Source: Candidatus Cloacimonadales bacterium (GTDB taxonomy: Bacteria > Cloacimonadota > Cloacimonadia > Cloacimonadales > JAFGVF01). From it: a stretch of DNA of 64,000 nucleotides. The notes below the pieces were generated by a model. The model worked only from the letters and a program-made list of their open reading frames with translations, made no database searches and was not told the DNA's origin. The stretch covers positions 800,001-864,000 of the forward strand of contig CAXXOU010000004.1 in the NCBI GenBank assembly GCA_963677495.2, read 5' to 3'. Position 1 is the stretch's first letter; each line of letters begins with the position of its first letter. Position numbers and translations under genes: made by a program. Shown here piece after piece: positions 58,449-64,000 of the stretch.

Positions 58449-58490
58449 AAAAAAGACAAAGCTATGAATATGAGATTTCATAGCTTTGTC
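58449..58490 (-). terminator. Rho-independent terminator after the mutase large subunit
   Basis: GACAAAGCTATGAA-N8-TTCATAGCTTTGTC with a T tract on the minus strand; second hairpin CACCTGAATATTCAGGTG at about 58503-58520. Confidence 0.75.
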
Positions 58491-58545
58491 AACATTCCAA
58501 GACACCTGAATATTCAGGTGCCTTATATATTTAAGATAATGGACT

Positions 58546-60723
58546 TTAGAGTCCTAATCTTTCATTTAACTTTTCAATGATAACTTTTGCAGCATAAGGA
58601 AGCACTGTACCAGGTCCGAAGATAGCAGCAGCACCATGCTCATAGAGATAATCATAATCCTGAGCAGGGATAACACCACCACAAATAACCATAATATCTT
58701 CACGACCCAGCTTTGCGAGCTCATCGATAAGCTGAGGAAGAAGTGTTTTATGTCCGGCAGCAAGTGAACTCATACCGATAACATGAACATCATTCTCAAC
58801 AGCTTGTCTTGCAGTCTCTTCAGGAGTCTGGAAGAGAGGTCCCATATCAACGTCAAATCCCATGTCTGCATAAGCTGTAGCAACAACTTTAGCACCACGG
58901 TCATGACCATCCTGCCCCATCTTTGCAATCATGATACGAGGACGACGACCCTCTTTCTCTTCAAAGTCATCTGCGAGTTTTCTAACACCATCAACATCTT
59001 CTGCTTTCTTATATTCAGCTTTGTAAACATTAGAAATAAGCTTGATAGTTGCTTGATGTCTTCCGAATTTCTTCTCCATAGCGTCTGATATTTCTCCTAA
59101 TGTAGCTCTTGCTCTTGTTGCATAGATAGCAAGCTCAAGCAGGTTACCTTCACCAGTTTCGCATGATTTTGTGATTGCATCAAGGCATTCCTGCACTTTC
59201 GCATTATCACGCTCAGCTTTAAGTTTATTAAGACGTTCGATCTGAGATATACGAACTGATGTATTATCTACTTCAAGAATCTCAATAGGATCTTCCTGAT
59301 CAAGACGATATTTATTAACACCAACGATTGTCTCAACACCGGAGTCAATCTTAGCTTGTCTGCGAGCAGCAGCTTCTTCGATACGCATCTTTGGAAGACC
59401 TGTTTCGATAGCTTTTGTCATGCCACCAAGCTCTTCAACCTCAACGATATGATTCCATCCCTTTATGAGAAGGTCGTTAGTAAGAGCTTCAACATAATAA
59501 GAACCACCCCAAGGATCGATTACATTACAAACACCTGTTTCTGTTTGAAGGAATAGCTGAGTGTTACGTGCAATGCGAGCACTGAAGTCAGTTGGAAGCG
59601 CAATAGCTTCATCAAGTGAGTTTGTATGCAATGACTGTGTATGCCCCATAGTTGCAGCAAGACCTTCAAGAACAGTACGTGTAACGTTGTTATATGGATC
59701 CTGCTCAGTAAGAGACCAGCCTGATGTTTGTGAGTGAGTTCTAAGAGCCATTGATTTAGGGTTCTTAGGGTTGAACTGCTTAACAAGTTTCGCCCAGAGA
59801 ACACGAGCAGCTCTAAGTTTTGCTACTTCCATGAAGTAATTCATGCCTTCAGCCCAGAAGAAAGAAAGACGTGGGGCAAAGGCATCTATATCGATACCGG
59901 CATCAATACCGGTTCTTATGTACTGTAAACCGTCAGCAATAGTATAAGCCATCTCAAGGTCAGCAGTAGCACCAGCTTCCTGCATGTGATAACCTGAAAT
60001 ACTGATACTATTGAATTTTGGCATATTCTTTGAAGTGAACTCAAAGATGTCAGCAATAATTCTCATAGATTCAGCAGGTGGGTAAACATAAGTATTACGA
60101 ACCATGTACTCTTTAAGAATATCATTCTGGATAGTACCTGATAACTGTTCCCATTTAACTCCCTGCTCTTCAGCAGCAACAATATAGAATGCCATAACAG
60201 GAATCACAGCACCGTTCATTGTCATAGAAACTGACATCTTATCAAGTGGGATACCATCAAAGAGAATCTTCATATCAAGAATTGAATCGATAGCAACACC
60301 GGCTTTACCAACATCACCAACAACTCTTTCATGATCTGAATCATAACCTCTATGTGTTGCAAGGTCAAAAGCAACTGAGAGACCTTTCTGACCCATTGCA
60401 AGGTTTCTACGATAGAAAGCATTACTTTCTTCAGCGGTTGAGAAACCGGCATATTGTCTGATTGTCCAAGGTCTTGTTACATACATTGAACCATAAGGAC
60501 CTCTTAAGTATGGTGGGATACCAGACATAAAGCCAAGGTGCTCCATACCTATCAAATCATCTTGGGTGTAGAGAGGTTTAACCTTAATCTTCTCATTTGT
60601 TTCCCAAACCATCTCTTCAATCTTCTTCCCGGATTCCGCTTGTACTTTAGTAACCCAGTCAGTGTATTTCTCTTTACTTTCTTTAAGTTTTAAATTTATC
60701 TTTGTGAAATCAGGATTGCTCAT
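58546..60723 (-). CDS. scpA: Methylmalonyl-CoA mutase, large (catalytic) subunit
   Basis: [21 protein letters not shown]12 motif [18 protein letters not shown]. Confidence 0.97.
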   Translation of the reverse strand: MSNPDFTKINLKLKESKEKYTDWVTKVQAESGKKIEEMVWETNEKIKVKPLYTQDDLIGMEHLGFMSGIPPYLRGPYGSMYVTRPWTIRQYAGFSTAEESNAFYRRNLAMGQKGLSVAFDLATHRGYDSDHERVVGDVGKAGVAIDSILDMKILFDGIPLDKMSVSMTMNGAVIPVMAFYIVAAEEQGVKWEQLSGTIQNDILKEYMVRNTYVYPPAESMRIIADIFEFTSKNMPKFNSISISGYHMQEAGATADLEMAYTIADGLQYIRTGIDAGIDIDAFAPRLSFFWAEGMNYFMEVAKLRAARVLWAKLVKQFNPKNPKSMALRTHSQTSGWSLTEQDPYNNVTRTVLEGLAATMGHTQSLHTNSLDEAIALPTDFSARIARNTQLFLQTETGVCNVIDPWGGSYYVEALTNDLLIKGWNHIVEVEELGGMTKAIETGLPKMRIEEAAARRQAKIDSGVETIVGVNKYRLDQEDPIEILEVDNTSVRISQIERLNKLKAERDNAKVQECLDAITKSCETGEGNLLELAIYATRARATLGEISDAMEKKFGRHQATIKLISNVYKAEYKKAEDVDGVRKLADDFEEKEGRRPRIMIAKMGQDGHDRGAKVVATAYADMGFDVDMGPLFQTPEETARQAVENDVHVIGMSSLAAGHKTLLPQLIDELAKLGREDIMVICGGVIPAQDYDYLYEHGAAAIFGPGTVLPYAAKVIIEKLNERLGL

Positions 60724-62852
60724 TTAGCACCTCCAACTTTCTCAACAAGTTTAGTAAGAATTTCATAAGCATTAGCTTTTACATGAATAAACTCATCTAC
60801 ACCGAGTTTCTTGAACTCTTCAACATGCTCTTTTGGATATCCTGCAAGGATAATAGATGCATCAGGATTGATCTCTTTAGTTTTTGCAACTAGACCCGGA
60901 ACAAGTTCAGGATAAGTCGCATCAGTTGAACAGATAACGACGATTGGTGATTGCTTCTCTTTATAAGCTTTAGCAAAGCAGTTAGGACATTCAAAACCAT
61001 CAGTCATGATTGTTTCAAATCCAGCTACTTCAAAGAATCCACGTGAGAAGTCAGCTCTTGGTTTATGCTGTGGGATAGGACCCATGTTAGCAAAGAATAC
61101 TTCAGGAGTCTTTTCCATCTCTTCAACACTCGCTCTGAGAAGTTCGAAATGCTTTGTGACTCTTGTTTGGTCGAATGTATCTATTTCAATATCTTCAACA
61201 GTAGGGTAGAGGATAGATGCAATCTCGAAAAGAGTCGCACCTTTTTCCCAAAGCTCACTCATCTTATCAATTGAGCATGAGCATTTCGCATCAAGTGTTG
61301 TTTCTTTAAGTTGAGTTTCAACTGCTGAATCTCTATTTGTAATGAAATCCTGTACATCAAGGATGCGTCCTTGAACCATACGTTTTACATCGTTATCTCT
61401 ATTTTCAAGCTTCTCTTCAACAAGATTAGCATACATGTTTGTTCCAATCTTCACATCTTTGCGAGTGTTAAGATTCTTTTTCTTCTGATCAGATACTTCA
61501 GCAATAGCTTTCTGTAAAAGGCCTTTTTTAAGAGCTTCTACAAGACCTGATTCTTTATCGATAGCCTGGAACATCTCCCAAGCTTTAGTAGCAATCTCAT
61601 CTGTCATTGATTCTATATACCATGAACCACCGGCAGGATCGATAAGTTTGCTTAGGTTAGATTCATCTCTAAGGATAATCTGTTGATTTCTTGCAATTCT
61701 TCTTGAGAACTCATCAGGTCTTCTCACAAGCTCATCGAAGAACCCGATATGAAGACTATCAACTCCACCGAGTACAGCACTGAAACCTTCAGTTGCAGTT
61801 CTGAGGATGTTTACATAAGGATCGTAAACAGTTTTGTTGAATCTGCCTGTAGAAGCATGGATATATATCTTCTTAACATCTTCAGAAGCACCGAATGCAT
61901 CAAGGATATTACTCCAGATAAGTCTTGCAGCTCTAAATTTAGCAATCTCCATAAAGAAGTCAGAACCGATAAAGAAATTGAACTGCATGCTCTTGGCAAT
62001 AGTATCAATCTCTAAACCACGCTCAAGCATTGCTCTGATATACTCAACAGCTTTCGCAAATGTATAAGCAAGTTCCTGAGTAGCACTACAACCACTGTCG
62101 CAGTATACTCTAGAGTTCACGGAAATCATTCTAAGTTTAGCATCATTCTTCTCAGCCCATTTGACCATGTTACGCATCATGTCATAAAGGTGAGGGAGAG
62201 GTAATGATAACTTACCTGATTCTTCCAATTCTAGAATCGGGTCAAAAGCTATATTACCTTGTAATGATTTGATGTCATCTTTGAAGTAAGCTTTCAGTAG
62301 CGCTAAGAAAGCAGGAGCCATGATACCTGAATCGAAATCAAGAGCTGTATCTTCAAAATACACATCATTAAATAAGGTTTTAAGGTCTTCAAGTGTTTCC
62401 ACTGAAGTTCCTCTGTAATAGTATTCTTTATTAAGTTTATCAGGGTTTTTACCTGATTTGCATTGTCTATCAAGTCTGATTTTCACTTTAGTGATACCGC
62501 GACCAAGGTCTTCTAAAAGCATTTTGTTTGCTTTCTTAGGACTGTAAGCGGTTTGTTCCTGGGCAATTTCCCAAGAACAATCTAAATATCCCAAGGCGTT
62601 ATTCGCTCTTACTTTGTCGTCAGCTCCGGGCATTTGTGATTTGAATTTAAGGTTTTGAATATCTTCTTCAGTGTAAATAGGTTTTAGCGTAATTCCTTCG
62701 TAAGTCTTAGTTAACATAGCTTTATCAAAGGGTTTACCCTTGAGAAGTTTGTTAACTGCTTCAACCCATTGCGAGTATTCCGGATTACCGAAATCCTCCA
62801 GTAGATTTAAGTCAGAAGCTTTTTCAGCTTTCTTCATCTTAATTTCTGCCAT
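60720..62852 (-). CDS. mutA: Methylmalonyl-CoA mutase, small (beta) subunit
   Basis: [41 protein letters not shown]; lacks DxHxxG; overlaps the large subunit start. Confidence 0.92.
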   Translation of the reverse strand: MAEIKMKKAEKASDLNLLEDFGNPEYSQWVEAVNKLLKGKPFDKAMLTKTYEGITLKPIYTEEDIQNLKFKSQMPGADDKVRANNALGYLDCSWEIAQEQTAYSPKKANKMLLEDLGRGITKVKIRLDRQCKSGKNPDKLNKEYYYRGTSVETLEDLKTLFNDVYFEDTALDFDSGIMAPAFLALLKAYFKDDIKSLQGNIAFDPILELEESGKLSLPLPHLYDMMRNMVKWAEKNDAKLRMISVNSRVYCDSGCSATQELAYTFAKAVEYIRAMLERGLEIDTIAKSMQFNFFIGSDFFMEIAKFRAARLIWSNILDAFGASEDVKKIYIHASTGRFNKTVYDPYVNILRTATEGFSAVLGGVDSLHIGFFDELVRRPDEFSRRIARNQQIILRDESNLSKLIDPAGGSWYIESMTDEIATKAWEMFQAIDKESGLVEALKKGLLQKAIAEVSDQKKKNLNTRKDVKIGTNMYANLVEEKLENRDNDVKRMVQGRILDVQDFITNRDSAVETQLKETTLDAKCSCSIDKMSELWEKGATLFEIASILYPTVEDIEIDTFDQTRVTKHFELLRASVEEMEKTPEVFFANMGPIPQHKPRADFSRGFFEVAGFETIMTDGFECPNCFAKAYKEKQSPIVVICSTDATYPELVPGLVAKTKEINPDASIILAGYPKEHVEEFKKLGVDEFIHVKANAYEILTKLVEKVGGAK

Positions 62853-63100
62853 TTGTTTACTCCGTATTTCAGAAATTTTTTTTATTCAACTATTTGAGTT
62901 GCATAAATATGTCAATGTCATTTTGATTTTTCTGCTTTCTGTGACGGGTGAAGTTTAATTGCCAGCAGACACTTTTTTACTGTTTCGGTTATTAAGGAGT
63001 TTGTCAGTCTGTCCGACGATATTCATTTCGTTTCACTTCATTCGGCTTGGCAGTGTGACAATGGTCAGGGATTTGCATTCGCAAATCCGAGAACCATTCT

Positions 63101-63419
63101 GTCATCCCGATTGAGTGAGGATACGAACGAGTAGAGGGACCTCTCCGATAGCTTTAGTCTCCCCGCTAAAGAAGAGCTTATTTGCCTTCCGAAAGTTGCT
63201 CAAAAAAAATACAAACCACGAAAAGCACAAAAAGCACGAAAGGGGGATTAGCTTCATTATTTTTCGTGTATTTAGTGCTTTTCGTGGTTAGATATAAAAC
63301 AAAAATTTGAATACCTTAAAGATACGTCAATACCTCAAATGTTAACCCACTAAAGCCATCCGAGCGCCCCATCGACTCCGTTCATTTCGTTTCACTTCAT
63401 TCACTCCGCTCAGGGTGAC
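63101..63419. repeat. Family-R REP/MITE-like element, copy 3, with nested insertion
   Basis: GTCATCCCGA...CGCTCAGGGTGAC ends; shared core; contains a 9-bp-periodic inverted repeat at 63214-63289. Confidence 0.8.
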
Positions 63420-63422
63420 ATG

Positions 63423-63680
63423 TCAGGAGCAGTCACCAGTGCGAGTTTACGAGCTTGGGGAAATGCGGAAAAGATATGTTCTCCGGTACGCATTTCCCCG
63501 AACTCCCGATGGTCGTAATGGTGACTGCTTCAAAATACATGCACAGTGCGTTTTGCAATGACTTACCGAATTTCAGGGAGTTTGTCTGCCTGATAAGGCA
63601 ACGGACTTCCTAAAATGCACTTCGAAGTCACTTTCCCTAACTTTTCGTTCTCGCCCCACACTTCGTTGCGGAGCAAGTCC
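63423..63680. repeat. Dispersed repeat modules
   Basis: GGAGCAGTCACC...GGTGACTGCTTCA hairpin, TTTCAGGGAGTTTG...ACTTCGAAGT, TTCGTTCTCGCCCCACAC; counterparts at 35298-35800 and 44583-44815. Confidence 0.85.
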
Positions 63681-63689
63681 AAAAGAGAT

Positions 63690-63885
63690 ATACACAGTGC
63701 CTTTTGCAATCACTTAGCTACATTTCATGCCCTTTTCACTCCCTTTCACTGCTCTATCCATCAACGCACTGCATCTGCACTGTGCACGCACTGTGAAGGC
63801 ACTGCCAACCCACTGTTTCACTGGGTGCACAGTGCGTGCACAGTGGGAAAACAGTGGGATAACTGCGTTTTGGTGGATGGTTTAG
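63690..63885. repeat. Family-B 11-bp-periodic palindromic element, copy 2 (inverted)
   Basis: CACTG at 63767/63778/63789/63800/63811; CAGTG at 63830/63841/63852; reverse complement of 44380-44575. Confidence 0.9.
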
Positions 63886-64000
63886 TTCAATAGAGCATCA
63901 GTATCGAAGATACATGAATGACAATGTACTGCGATTCTCCTGAATTGCTGTGGCGACGAAGTCGGCAGTTACCACTGACTGTAATTTGGTTTTAAAACGC

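Overview
AT-rich bacterial chromosomal window from a diderm anaerobe. Gene content (BamA/TamA and GT9 proteins, T9SS-like C-terminal sorting domain, pyrR, [FeFe]-hydrogenase-like sensor cassette) is compatible with Cloacimonadota, but that is inference. Housekeeping loci: pyrR, uvrC, murJ, SRP RNA, aroB, tRNA-Pro plus 2x tRNA-Val, FMN riboswitch + ribD-ribE-ribBA-ribH, tcdA, mutT-like, ispG, truA, hutH and a two-subunit methylmalonyl-CoA mutase. There is also a surface-polysaccharide block. The most striking element is a tightly coupled minus-strand operon at 1440-13619. It encodes a PqqD/RRE-like protein, an ATP-grasp ligase, a divergent PLP fold-III decarboxylase, a urea-transporter/M23-peptidase fusion, an MBOAT + SGNH acyltransferase pair, a TPR protein, a TPR/beta-barrel protein and a frameshifted repeat lipoprotein. 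Together these look like an uncharacterised amide/peptide synthesis, acylation and export system. The long intergenic regions are mosaics of shuffled REP-like modules and include three unrelated families of palindromes built from units spaced exactly 11 bp apart. Several probable pseudo-enzymes are present (amidohydrolase, deacetylase, hydrogenase-like sensor, EcfT-like protein). No CRISPR array, prophage or transposase was found.
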